Virus record (IMG/VR): IMGVR_UViG_3300037515_000929
Coordinates: 1-42,454 of that record
Origin: a virus
Lineage: Duplodnaviria; Caudoviricetes
Strand: one strand, 5' to 3'
Length of the DNA stretch: 42,454 bases
Position numbers and translations under genes: made by a program. Shown here one piece after another: positions 8,745-17,800 of the stretch (within the stretch, counting starts at the first letter, position 1; each line of letters begins with the position of its first letter). Below the pieces are notes generated by a model. The model saw only the letters and a program-made list of their open reading frames with translations, searched no databases and was not told the DNA's origin.

Positions 8745-8753
8745 GAGAACCTG

Positions 8754-8774
8754 GGCGGGGGGGAGCCCCCCGCC
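8754..8774 (+). promoter_or_regulatory. GC hairpin after capsid stop, no U-tract
   Basis: GGCGGGGGG-GAG-CCCCCCGCC; possible mRNA stabiliser or attenuator. Confidence 0.45.
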
Positions 8775-8792
8775 TCCTGAAGGGAGACGGGA

Positions 8793-9245
8793 ATGCAGCA
8801 ACTCGCGCAGCAGGCCGGTTTCGTCGAGATCGGCGACGTCGTCGGTGCCGGCTCGTCGATCGACGACGAGTCCGACGTCGTCGACACCCAGGGCTACGAG
8901 GGGGTCATCTTCCTGACGAAGATCACCGACTCGGCGGCTACCGGCGTGGCGAAGCTGATCGCGGAGCAGGCCGCCACGGACTCCGCGGGCGCCATGGCCG
9001 CCCTCGCTGGCGCTACGGCCACCCGGACGTGCGTCATCAACGACGACCTCAACGGGCTCCTGCTCATCGTCGACGTCTTCCGGCCCCGTGAGCGCTACGT
9101 CATGGCGCGCCGCACGTCGGCGACGGCGAACATCGCCTTCGGCGACGTCGTCGCGATCCTGTACGGCAAGAAGGGCAAGCTCCCGGTCACCGACCACGCG
9201 AGCGTCGGCCACAAGGTCGCGGTGGCGTCGCCGGCCGAGGCGTAG
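8793..9245 (+). CDS. Putative capsid decoration protein
   Basis: Directly after MCP; VDTQGYEGVIF and RPRERYV, beta-rich. Confidence 0.7.
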   Translation: MQQLAQQAGFVEIGDVVGAGSSIDDESDVVDTQGYEGVIFLTKITDSAATGVAKLIAEQAATDSAGAMAALAGATATRTCVINDDLNGLLLIVDVFRPRERYVMARRTSATANIAFGDVVAILYGKKGKLPVTDHASVGHKVAVASPAEA

Positions 9246-9269
9246 GGCCAGCGCGCCCAGGAGGAGCTC

Positions 9270-9680
9270 ATGGGAGACGGCCACAACACCGAGAACTACC
9301 AGGCCCAGGGCGGCGCGCTCTGGGTCGTGGGCCCGTCCGGGGCGCTGCGCGTCGAGGGCGAGCTCCAGGACGCGGCCGGGCTCGCTCAGAACGTGGTGCA
9401 CGGTACCGTCGCGGGCCTCGCGGTGGCCGTGGGCTCCGTGCTCGCGAGCCCGGCCGAGGCCGCCGTCGTCACGGGGCTCTCCGCCGTGACGGCCTTCTTC
9501 CCGACGCCCCGCGCCGGCGACGCCACCGAAGCCGCCATCCTCGCCCGGGGTCAGGAGCAGGCAAGCACCCCCGGCACGGTCGACGTCACGCGCTGGGAGC
9601 CGGCCGGAGCCAGCACCCCCGGCGTCGTGCCTGCAACCGTGGGCGGCGTGGTTGACTGGGTGGCCTTCGGGGACCGCTGA
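9270..9680 (+). CDS. Putative head fibre protein
   Basis: NTENYQAQGG...VVG N-terminus like head-fibre proteins; two ASTPG motifs; RBS AGGAG. Confidence 0.6.
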   Translation: MGDGHNTENYQAQGGALWVVGPSGALRVEGELQDAAGLAQNVVHGTVAGLAVAVGSVLASPAEAAVVTGLSAVTAFFPTPRAGDATEAAILARGQEQASTPGTVDVTRWEPAGASTPGVVPATVGGVVDWVAFGDR

Positions 9681-10703
9681 GTGCGCGTCCTTTTCATCTC
9701 GGACCACGGCTGCATCCGGGTCTTCAAGGAGGCCCAGGCGCTGCAGCTGCAAGGCGTCCGCGTCGACCTCGCCGCGCGTGTCCAGCCCTTCGGGGCGAAC
9801 ATCTTCGAGACTTTCAGCCTCCACCGGGACGCCGAGACGCTGAAGCGCGTGGTCGAGTCGACGCGCGCCGACGTCGTCCACGTCCACAACGAGCCCGACT
9901 GGATGGTCGGCGCAGCCCGCGAAGCGACTTCGAAGCCGATCGTCTTCGACGTCCACGACCTCACCTCGCTCCGTCACTCGAGCCAGCCCGACGAGCACGA
10001 GACCCGGGCCTTCGCGGAGGCGAACGGGATTATCCACGTCAGCGAGCCCTGCCGCGCGGCCGCGGAACGCCTCCACGGCAACGGCAAGCCCACGGGCGTG
10101 CTGCCGTGCCTGGTGAATCAGCGGTTCCTGGACGAGCCGCTCCCGAGGGAACCCTGCTGGGACGCCGTGGTCTACGAGGGCGGGCTCGACCCGACGCTCG
10201 AGCGCACCGACGGTGACGGTCGGCGCGTCGTGAGCGCGCGGGCGATCCATGCGGTGGTCCAGGCTTTCGCTCGCGAGGGCTTCCAGCCCTACCTCTACCC
10301 CGCTCAAGAGCGGTGGATCGATCCCACCTACATCTACGAGCGCCTGGGCGCGGTCGTCGCTCCTGGGAGGCTGGACTACCAGAGCCTCCTCCGAGCGCTC
10401 CGGGCCTACGGCTACGGCTTCGTCGGATCCCCGCACGACAGCCCTCTGATGCAGGCGGCGATGCCGAACAAGCTGTTCGAGTACATCTCCCAGGGCGTCG
10501 TGCCCGTGGTCCTCAACGCGGCCCGCGCGGCCGAGTTCGTGCGTGAGCACGGGCTCGGGATCGTGCTCGAGGGGCTGGAGAACCTGCGCGAGCAGCTGGA
10601 GCCGGGCCCGGAGGTGCGGCGCCGGATCCTCGAGCGCCGGCACGAGTGGACCATGGAGCGGCACATCGAGGCCGTCACCCGGGTCTACGAGGAGGTCGCA
10701 TGA
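9681..10703 (+). CDS. Glycosyltransferase, GT-B / GT4-like
   Basis: MRVLFIS, DVVHVHNEPDW, PIVFDVHDL, AMPNKLFEYISQGVVPVV. Confidence 0.9.
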   Translation: MRVLFISDHGCIRVFKEAQALQLQGVRVDLAARVQPFGANIFETFSLHRDAETLKRVVESTRADVVHVHNEPDWMVGAAREATSKPIVFDVHDLTSLRHSSQPDEHETRAFAEANGIIHVSEPCRAAAERLHGNGKPTGVLPCLVNQRFLDEPLPREPCWDAVVYEGGLDPTLERTDGDGRRVVSARAIHAVVQAFAREGFQPYLYPAQERWIDPTYIYERLGAVVAPGRLDYQSLLRALRAYGYGFVGSPHDSPLMQAAMPNKLFEYISQGVVPVVLNAARAAEFVREHGLGIVLEGLENLREQLEPGPEVRRRILERRHEWTMERHIEAVTRVYEEVA

Positions 10704-11116
10704 GGCAGCCGCAGGCGCCGTCGTCTCTCCGAGTCCGGCTGCGGCGGGCGCTGGCGCATCCGCTCGGCACCGGCGGCGAAGGCCGGGTGATCGAGGTCCC
10801 CGAAGCCTTCGGGCACCGGTTGATCGCCGAGGGTAACGCTGACCTGGCGCCGCCCAGGCGTCCGCCAGCGGCCGTCACGGCGGCCGCCGCGCCTGCGCCG
10901 GCCAGCAACGCGGCCCCCGCGGCGGCCGTCGCCGACATCGTCGCCCTCAAGGCCCGCGAGGCCGTCGCCCTGGTCGCAGCGGCGAAGTCGATCGAGCAGC
11001 TCGACGCCCTCCAGGCGGCCGAGGAGGGGAACGCCAAGCACGATGGCGGGCGCGTGAGCGTCCTCCACGCCCTGGACGCCCGCCGGGCCGAGATCTCGGG
11101 CGAGGCGGGCGAGTGA
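10700..11116 (+). CDS. Head-module accessory protein, two small domains with Ala/Pro linker
   Basis: ATGA overlap, RBS GGAGG; GRVIEVPEAFGHRLIAEGNA and LQAAEEG...GRVSVLHALDAR. Confidence 0.7.
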   Translation: MRQPQAPSSLRVRLRRALAHPLGTGGEGRVIEVPEAFGHRLIAEGNADLAPPRRPPAAVTAAAAPAPASNAAPAAAVADIVALKAREAVALVAAAKSIEQLDALQAAEEGNAKHDGGRVSVLHALDARRAEISGEAGE

Positions 11117-11421
11117 AGGTCCGGATCACCCGCGGCCGCCGGAAGGGCGCCGTGACGGAGATGTGCACCGCCGCGGCCAAGGCCGCCATCGCGCGCGGCG
11201 CCGCGACGCCCGTCGTCGCCGCTGAGCGCCGGCGCCCGCCCCGGCAAGGCGCCGGTCAGCGGTCCGCCCCGCCGAAGGCCGAGGGCGCTGCTGTCCGGCC
11301 ACCGCCGGCGCCGCCCACCATCACCCCCACGGACCCGCCGGCGCGGGGCCTGCGGGGTTTCGCCGAGTCGCTGCTCGGCGCCGACAAGCCCGAGCCCGCC
11401 CCGGGTGGCGGAGAGGAGTAG
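11113..11421 (+). CDS. Hypothetical basic, Pro-rich protein
   Basis: GTGA overlap; fills the gap; N-terminus resembles that of the preceding gene. Confidence 0.55.
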   Translation: MKVRITRGRRKGAVTEMCTAAAKAAIARGAATPVVAAERRRPPRQGAGQRSAPPKAEGAAVRPPPAPPTITPTDPPARGLRGFAESLLGADKPEPAPGGGEE

Positions 11422-11424
11422 GAC

Positions 11425-11907
11425 ATGACCCTGCAGTCCCAGCTGTCGATCGGCGTGATCGCGAACCTCGTGGCCGCGCTCGACCTGGTCGAGGCCAAGG
11501 CCGAGCACAACGTCCAGAAGCGGGTGAACCTCGCCAACGGCGACGGCCTCAACGAGGCCGACGCGGTCTACAGCGACACGCGGACGCTGAACGGCTCCGC
11601 GAGCGAGGACCTCGACCTGTCGAACCTCACCGACCCCCTGGGCAATGCGCTCGCGCTCGGGCACATCAAGGGCCTGTACGTGGCGCCGGCTGGCGGAGCC
11701 GTCGAGGTGGGCGGGCACGCGTCGAGCCCGGCGATCTTCGCGGACGCGTCCGACGCCGTCGTCGTGCGAGACGGCGGGGCACTGATGCTGATCGCGCCGG
11801 ACGCCACCGGCTACGCCGTCACCTCCGGCACCGGGGACCTGCTGTCGGTGGGCAACGCCACCGGCGCGACGATCACCTACGACATCGTCATCGTCGGAGC
11901 GGAGTAG
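11425..11907 (+). CDS. Putative virion structural protein
   Basis: NGDGLNEADAVYSDTRTL, EDLDL, TDPLG, YDIVIVG; beta-rich; head-neck position. Confidence 0.7.
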   Translation: MTLQSQLSIGVIANLVAALDLVEAKAEHNVQKRVNLANGDGLNEADAVYSDTRTLNGSASEDLDLSNLTDPLGNALALGHIKGLYVAPAGGAVEVGGHASSPAIFADASDAVVVRDGGALMLIAPDATGYAVTSGTGDLLSVGNATGATITYDIVIVGAE

Positions 11908-11920
11908 CTCAGCCCCGGCG

Positions 11921-12475
11921 ATGCTCTCCCTCGTCACCCCGCCGACGGCCGAACCGGTCAGCCTCGACGCTGCGAAGGCGCACCTCCGCGTCGAGCACGC
12001 CCTCGAGGACGACGGGATCTCGGCCTGGCTCGCAGCGGCGCGCCAGCACGCCGAGGCCGTGACGGGGCGGCAGCTGCCGCCGGCCACCTGGGCTCTGACC
12101 CTCGACGCGTTCCCCGACGCGGGCTGCGCCATCCTGGTGCCCCGGCCGCCCCTGAAGTCGGTCACCTCGATCGCGTACATCGACACCGCCGGGGCCACGC
12201 AGACCTGGCCTGCGGCCGCCTACGACGTCGAGATCCCCGTCGGACCCCTCGCCCTGCACGGCCGGATCAGACCTGCCTTCGGGGAGGTCTACCCGGCGAC
12301 CAGGGCGGTGTCCGAGGCGGTGACGATCACCTTCATCGCCGGGTACGACAGCGTGCCCTACCCCCTCCACGCCGCGCTGCTGCTGGGCGTGGGCGAGCTG
12401 TACGTCCGGCGGGAGCAGCCCGACCTCGACAAGGCGATGACCCGGCTCCTGGACCCCTTCAAGGTGTGGCACTGA
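11921..12475 (+). CDS. Head-tail connector (HK97 gp6-like)
   Basis: TPPTAEPVSLDAAKAHLRV, AVTITFIAGY, LYVRRE. Confidence 0.92.
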   Translation: MLSLVTPPTAEPVSLDAAKAHLRVEHALEDDGISAWLAAARQHAEAVTGRQLPPATWALTLDAFPDAGCAILVPRPPLKSVTSIAYIDTAGATQTWPAAAYDVEIPVGPLALHGRIRPAFGEVYPATRAVSEAVTITFIAGYDSVPYPLHAALLLGVGELYVRREQPDLDKAMTRLLDPFKVWH

Positions 12476-12807
12476 TGCAGCTCGAGGCCGGAGAGCTGGA
12501 TCGGCGCGTCGGGATCGAGAGCGCCATGCTCGTCCAGGACGACTCCGGCGCCGAGGTCGAGACCCCGACGCTCCTGGCGGAGGTCTGGGCGAAGGCCCAG
12601 CCCGTCGGCGGCATCAGCCGCGTCGAGCGCTTCGAAGGGCGCGAGATCTCCGCCGAGCTCGACTACCGCTTCGTGATCCGCTACCGGGGCGACCTGACGA
12701 CCAGGATGCGGCTCCGGTTCGACGGCCGGGTCTACGACATCCAGCGGATCGACGAGATGGGGCGCCGCGACGCCCTCGAGATCCTGGCGCGGGCGAGGGG
12801 GGAGTAG
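12475..12807 (+). CDS. Head closure protein (SPP1 gp16-like)
   Basis: AGELDRRV, EVWAK, FVIRYR, MRLRFDGRVYDI. Confidence 0.9.
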   Translation: MQLEAGELDRRVGIESAMLVQDDSGAEVETPTLLAEVWAKAQPVGGISRVERFEGREISAELDYRFVIRYRGDLTTRMRLRFDGRVYDIQRIDEMGRRDALEILARARGE

Positions 12808-13242
12808 GTGGCCAGGGTCCCTGCGCCGAAGTTCAAGCTCGAAATCAAGGGCGCCCGCGAGCTGGAGCTGAACCTGCGCAGCCTGGCGTCCGCCACGGGC
12901 AAGCGCTTCATGCGCCAGGCGCTCATCGAGGCGGCCGAGCCGGTCGAGAAGGCCATGCAGACCGGGGCGCTCCGCCTCACCGGTAGGACCGCCGAGAGCA
13001 TCGGGACCCAGGCGCTACCCGGCGTCGGCGCGATGGGAGTCACCGTCGCCGTCGGGCCGTCGAAGGCCCACAGCTTCAAGGCCGTGTTCGGCGAGTTCGG
13101 CACGAGCCGGCAGCCGGCGCGGCCGCGGTACCGGGCCGCCTGGGAGGGGAGCAAGCTCCAGGCCCTCGCCGTCCTGACGGCCGCGCTGCGCAAGCGCCTC
13201 GCCGCGGCCAACCGCCGCCGCGTCCGGAGCGGGAACCTGTGA
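12808..13242 (+). CDS. HK97 gp10-family neck protein
   Basis: IKGARELE, TGRTAESI, EFGTSRQPARP. Confidence 0.88.
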   Translation: MARVPAPKFKLEIKGARELELNLRSLASATGKRFMRQALIEAAEPVEKAMQTGALRLTGRTAESIGTQALPGVGAMGVTVAVGPSKAHSFKAVFGEFGTSRQPARPRYRAAWEGSKLQALAVLTAALRKRLAAANRRRVRSGNL

Positions 13243-13652
13243 CCGAGGTCGAGATCGCCCTGCGCGCGGCGCTGCTCGAGCGCCCCCAGGTGGCCGCGCT
13301 CGTCGGGACCCGCATCTACCCGATGGTGCTGCCGCAGGAGGTCCAGCTCCCGGCGCTGACGTACCAGCGCATCACGTCGCGGCGCTCGAGCGGGCACGAC
13401 GGCGCGAGCGACCTGGAGCAGCCAAGGATCCAGATCGACGCGTGGGGACGGACCTGGACGGAAGCACGCCAGCTCGAGCGCGCGGTGGGCGACTTCCTGC
13501 ACGGGTTCCGCGGGCTCGCCGGCGGCCGGGTGATCCAGGCGATCCACGCCATGCCCGGGCCCGACATCGCGGAGATGGACGTCCGCAACGTGGACGGGAC
13601 CCGCGGCCGGTACGGTGTTTCGACGGACTACCGCGTCGCGCACGCGGTCTGA
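13239..13652 (+). CDS. Tail completion protein (DUF3168-like)
   Basis: LVGTRIYP, LPALTYQRIT, RIQIDAW. Confidence 0.88.
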   Translation: MTEVEIALRAALLERPQVAALVGTRIYPMVLPQEVQLPALTYQRITSRRSSGHDGASDLEQPRIQIDAWGRTWTEARQLERAVGDFLHGFRGLAGGRVIQAIHAMPGPDIAEMDVRNVDGTRGRYGVSTDYRVAHAV

Positions 13653-13661
13653 GGAGGCGAC

Positions 13662-14090
13662 ATGACGACCGCTATCAGCTCTTACGGGACCCTGTTCCGG
13701 CGGGATTCGGGGGCGGGCTTCGCGGCGGTGGGCGAGGTCACGAACATGGGGATCCCGGGGCTGGGGCACCCCTGGATCCAGTCCACGCACCACGAGAGCC
13801 CCGGGGGGTTCCGGGAGTTCATCGCCTCCAAGATCAGGGAGGTGAAGCAGTTCACCATCACGGTGAGCTACGTGCCCTCCGCCGCGGGCCTGAACGCCAC
13901 GACGGGGATCATCAAGGCCTGGAACGACGGCACGGTGGACGACTACAAGGTGATCTTCCCGGACACCTCGGAGTGGGCCTTCGAGGCCGGCGTCAGCGAC
14001 TTCGACCCCGAGGACGCTCCCGGCGAGGGCGAGGAGAAGCTCAGCGCCGTGATCACGTTCCGTCCGACGGGCCAGCCGACGCTCGTCTAA
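13662..14090 (+). CDS. Tail tube protein
   Basis: VGEVT, THHESPGGFREFI, YKVIFPD, ITFRPTGQP. Confidence 0.9.
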   Translation: MTTAISSYGTLFRRDSGAGFAAVGEVTNMGIPGLGHPWIQSTHHESPGGFREFIASKIREVKQFTITVSYVPSAAGLNATTGIIKAWNDGTVDDYKVIFPDTSEWAFEAGVSDFDPEDAPGEGEEKLSAVITFRPTGQPTLV

Positions 14091-14106
14091 CCAACAGGGA
14101 GAACCT

Positions 14107-14535
14107 ATGGCCAACCCCCACCGCGGTGAGGTCGTCCTCAAGCCGGCGTTCCCGGTCGAGGAGGGCAAGCCCGACGCACCCGCCCCCGAGGAGTACACCT
14201 TCGTGCTCCGCACCTCCGAGGTGATGGCGCTCGAAGACCTCTTCGACTGCAAGTTCGCCAAGCTCGCCCACATGCTCGAGAACGACCTCGGGTTCAGCGA
14301 CATGGTCGAGGTCCTGCGGGTGGGGCTCGAGCGCCACCACGGGGCCAAGACGAAGGCGATGCTCGCCGACCTGGTCGACGCGTGTGGGCCCAAGACGGTG
14401 ATCGAGGCCATCGGCAAGTCGATCGCCGGGAGCTTCCCCGACCTGGTGGAGGCGGGAGCCCAGGCGCAGGCGGCGGGAAAAGCTCGGGCTTCGATTGGCC
14501 GGCGCTCCGGCGCCGCGCAATTGAAGCGGGCCTGA
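14107..14535 (+). CDS. Tail assembly chaperone (gpG-like)
   Basis: MANPHRGEV start; between tail tube and TMP; contains slippery site. Confidence 0.85.
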   Translation: MANPHRGEVVLKPAFPVEEGKPDAPAPEEYTFVLRTSEVMALEDLFDCKFAKLAHMLENDLGFSDMVEVLRVGLERHHGAKTKAMLADLVDACGPKTVIEAIGKSIAGSFPDLVEAGAQAQAAGKARASIGRRSGAAQLKRA

Positions 14536-14822
14536 GCCTCACCGAGTTCTACTCCGCGACGCCGCGGGAGCTACTCGACGTCGTCGAGACGGCGGCGAGC
14601 CGGAGGCGTGAGGTCCAGCAGCTCGCACGGTCGCTCGCCTGGGATATCGGGTACATGACGCGGGTGAAGACGCCACCGACCCGGAGCCGCTTCGTCGGCG
14701 GTGACTCACCGGCCAAGGCCGCCTCCGCGCCGCAGAGCTGGCAGCACCAGAAGCAGCTCGCCGCGATGCTGACTGTCGCTCTCGGGGGCGTGGTGTCGCC
14801 GGCCCCGGATAGGGACCAGTGA
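14107..14822 (+). CDS. Tail assembly chaperone, frameshifted long form (gpGT-like)
   Basis: -1 frame encodes GLSLTEFYSATPREL and LAWDIG; its stop overlaps the TMP start. Confidence 0.85.
14475..14481 (+). promoter_or_regulatory. -1 programmed ribosomal frameshift site G GGA AAA
   Basis: X XXY YYZ heptamer in the correct phase; the -1 frame is open to 14822. Confidence 0.9.
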
Positions 14823-17800
14823 GCAACATCCTCGTCGGCGCCATGCGCGCCGAGCTCTCCGGAGCCAGCGCCTCGTTCGAGGCGGCGCTGTCGAGGTCCG
14901 CCGCCACCGTCGATCGCACCGCGAAGCGCATCGAGAGGTCCGGCCGCCGGCTCAACGCTCTCGGCCAGGGGATCCAGGCCGTGGGCATGTCGCTCACCCT
15001 CGGCCTGACCGTGCCGCTCACGGCGATGGGCGTCCACGCCGCCAAGACCTTCGGCGACTTCGAGCAGGGGATGAATCGCGTCCGGGCCCTCTCCGGGGCG
15101 ACCGGCGACAGCTTCGCGGCGCTCGAGAACCAGGCGAAGGAACTCGGCCGCACGACGCAATTCACCGCCACCCAGGCCGCCGACGGCATGGGCTTTCTCG
15201 CCATGGCGGGGTTCAAGGCGAACGAGATCCTTAGGACCATGCCCGGGGTTTTGCAGCTCGCGGCTTCGGCCCAGCTGGACGTCGCCCGAGCGGCGGACAT
15301 CACGAGCAACGTCCTCAGCGGCTACGGCATGGCCGTCGAGGAGGTCGGGAGGTCGAACGACGTCCTGACCAAGGCGTTCACCTCCGCCAACACCGACCTG
15401 GAGCAGCTCGGCCAGGCGTTCAAGTTCGCGGGCCCCGTCGCGAAGGCCGCCGGCGTCGAGTTCGAGGAGACCGCAGCCGTCCTCGCGCTCATGGGTAAAG
15501 CCGGCATCCAGGCCTCCATGGCGGGTACGTCCCTCCGGAACGCGATCTCCAGGCTCCTCAACCCGACGAAGCAGGTCCAGGAGGAGCTGGACCGCCTGGG
15601 GGTCACGGCCAAGGACTCCCACGGGCGACTGCTCCCGCTCGATCAGATCATCCAGCAGCTCGAACCGCACGCCGCCGACGCCGGCGCGATGATGAAGATC
15701 TTCGGCCAGCGCGCCGGCCCGGCGCTGGTCCGCCTCGTGGCCGAGGGCTCGGCCGCGGTCAGCGACCTGACGCAGAAGCTTCGGGACTCGGGGGGCACCG
15801 CCGAGACGGTCGCTGCGATTCAGATGGAGGGCCTGAAGGGGTCCTTCATCGCGATGAGCTCCGCGGCCGAAGGCATGGCTGTCGAGGTCGGCGCCGTGCT
15901 CGCCCCAGCCCTGACGCTCGTGGCGAACGGGTTCCGGACCGCGGCGAAGTTCGCCGCCGAGGACCTGGTCCCCGCATTCCGGGAGCTGCCGCAGGCCGGC
16001 CAGATCGCCGCCGGCGGGCTCCTAGCCGTCGCGGCCGCCGCCGGCCCCCTCGCCGTCGCCACCGGCATGGTGATCAGCGGCGTCGGCCAGACCGTCGTCG
16101 TCCTCGGCCAGCTCGGGGTGATCTCGCGCGTCACGTCGGCCTGGACCGCAGCGTCGGCGGCGATGTTCGCGGCCGGGAACACCAGCGCAGCCCTGTCACT
16201 GCGCCTGGCGTTCCTCGCGGGACAGACCGCGGCCGCAGCGGTGGGCACGAAGCTCTACACAGCGGCGACGGGGCTGCTGGTCGTGGCGAAGGGTGCCCTC
16301 GTCGGAGCGCTGACAGCCGTGAGCGCCCGCCTCGGCGTCACCACCGTCGCCACCGCAACAGCGGCAGCCGGCACGAAGGTCCTCACGGTTGCGGTAGGAG
16401 GCCTCACCGTCGCAGCCCGCGGTCTGGCGGTGACGATGGGCTTCCTCGGGAAGGCCGTCGCCGTAGTCGCGGTGGCGTACGGCAGCTGGAAGATCGGGCG
16501 CTGGATCGGGGAGGTCACCGGCCTAGAGGACGCCCTGTCCGGCCTGATTGCCCGGATGATGGGCGCCTCCGAGGAGGCGATCGCCTTCGAGCGTGAGCAC
16601 AACCGCGCGAAGCGCGCAGCCGAGAACGCCGGGGAGGCGGTCGACCAGGAAGCCGCGGCGCTCGCGGCGCTGAAGGAGCAGCTCGGGAACGCGTCCGCCT
16701 CCGTCGAGCAGCTCGACCAGGCCATGGAGGAGCTCGCGGCCGCCGGCGAGCTCGACGCGGTCGCGATGCGCCGCGTCGGGCAGCAGGCGAAAGTGCTCGC
16801 CGACGAGGGCGTCCAGCTCACCGCCGGGTTGCAGAACGTCGTCGACTGGTACGAGCGCACCCAGGCCGCCGGGGACGAGCTCGGCGGCTCCACCGACGAG
16901 CTCGGCAAGAAGGTCCAGACCCTCGCGGAGCGCTTCAAGAGCCTCGTCTCGCAGTCGAATACGGCGCAGCTCCGGGCGGAGTGGGAGCGGACCACTCTCG
17001 CGATGCGGGAGTTCGACGAGGCCCGGGACGAGCTAGACAGCGGCCACGCCGGGCTCTTCGGCCCGGAGGCGGTGCCGCAGATCGAGGCGATCGGCGCCGG
17101 CCTCCGGACCAGCCAGCTCGAGCTGGCGGAGTGGGGCCACCGCGCCCTCGAGGGCGGCGCCGCGCTCGAGCCGGTCCTCGAGCAGCTCAAGGCGATGGGC
17201 GCCGACCAGGAGCTGCTGAATTTCCTCACCGAAAAGTACGGCGGCGTCGCCGGCGAGGCGGCCCAGCAGACCGAGAGCTGGTCCCAGATCGTCCAGGACC
17301 TGGCGAACACGGTGGGAGCCATGGGCGGCCGCTGGGGCAACCTCCTGGGGACGATCACCGGAGGAATCGCGGGTATCGGCTCCGCGGTCGACCGGATCAA
17401 CCTCGGCGCGGACAGGGGAGGCGGCCTCGGGGGCATCCTCGGAGGCTTCTTCGGCGGCGGGGGAGGCGGGCTCTCGGGCATCCTCAAGAACCTGAACGCG
17501 GGGATGCAGATCGCCTCTGTCGCCTTCGGCGTCGGGAAGGCGCTCCACGGGCTCTTCACGTCGTCCCCCGTGGAGCGTGCGGCGGAGGACGCCGGGAAGG
17601 CCCTGGGAGTCACCGTCAGCGACGCCCTGGCGGAGCAGATCGCCGAGGACGCCGAGCGTCTCGGAGACGGCGTCGCGGCCGCCCTCGTGAACCTCCCCGA
17701 CGCGATCGAGGAGGCCGGCGGGGTCGCCGAGTTCGGGTTCGACCAGGCCGTCTCCTCCGCCCGTGACCTGTTCTCCCAGATCGAGACGGGCAAGCTCTCC

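Noticed and set aside
8754-8774. Intrinsic terminator after the capsid gene
   Set aside because: Strong stem but no U-tract, so kept only as a generic hairpin.
6996-10664. 1222-aa minus-strand ORF, and similar ones at 2751-4967, 20142-22433 and 31356-34790
   Set aside because: Antisense shadows of GC3-biased genes in a high-GC genome; no recognisable motifs.
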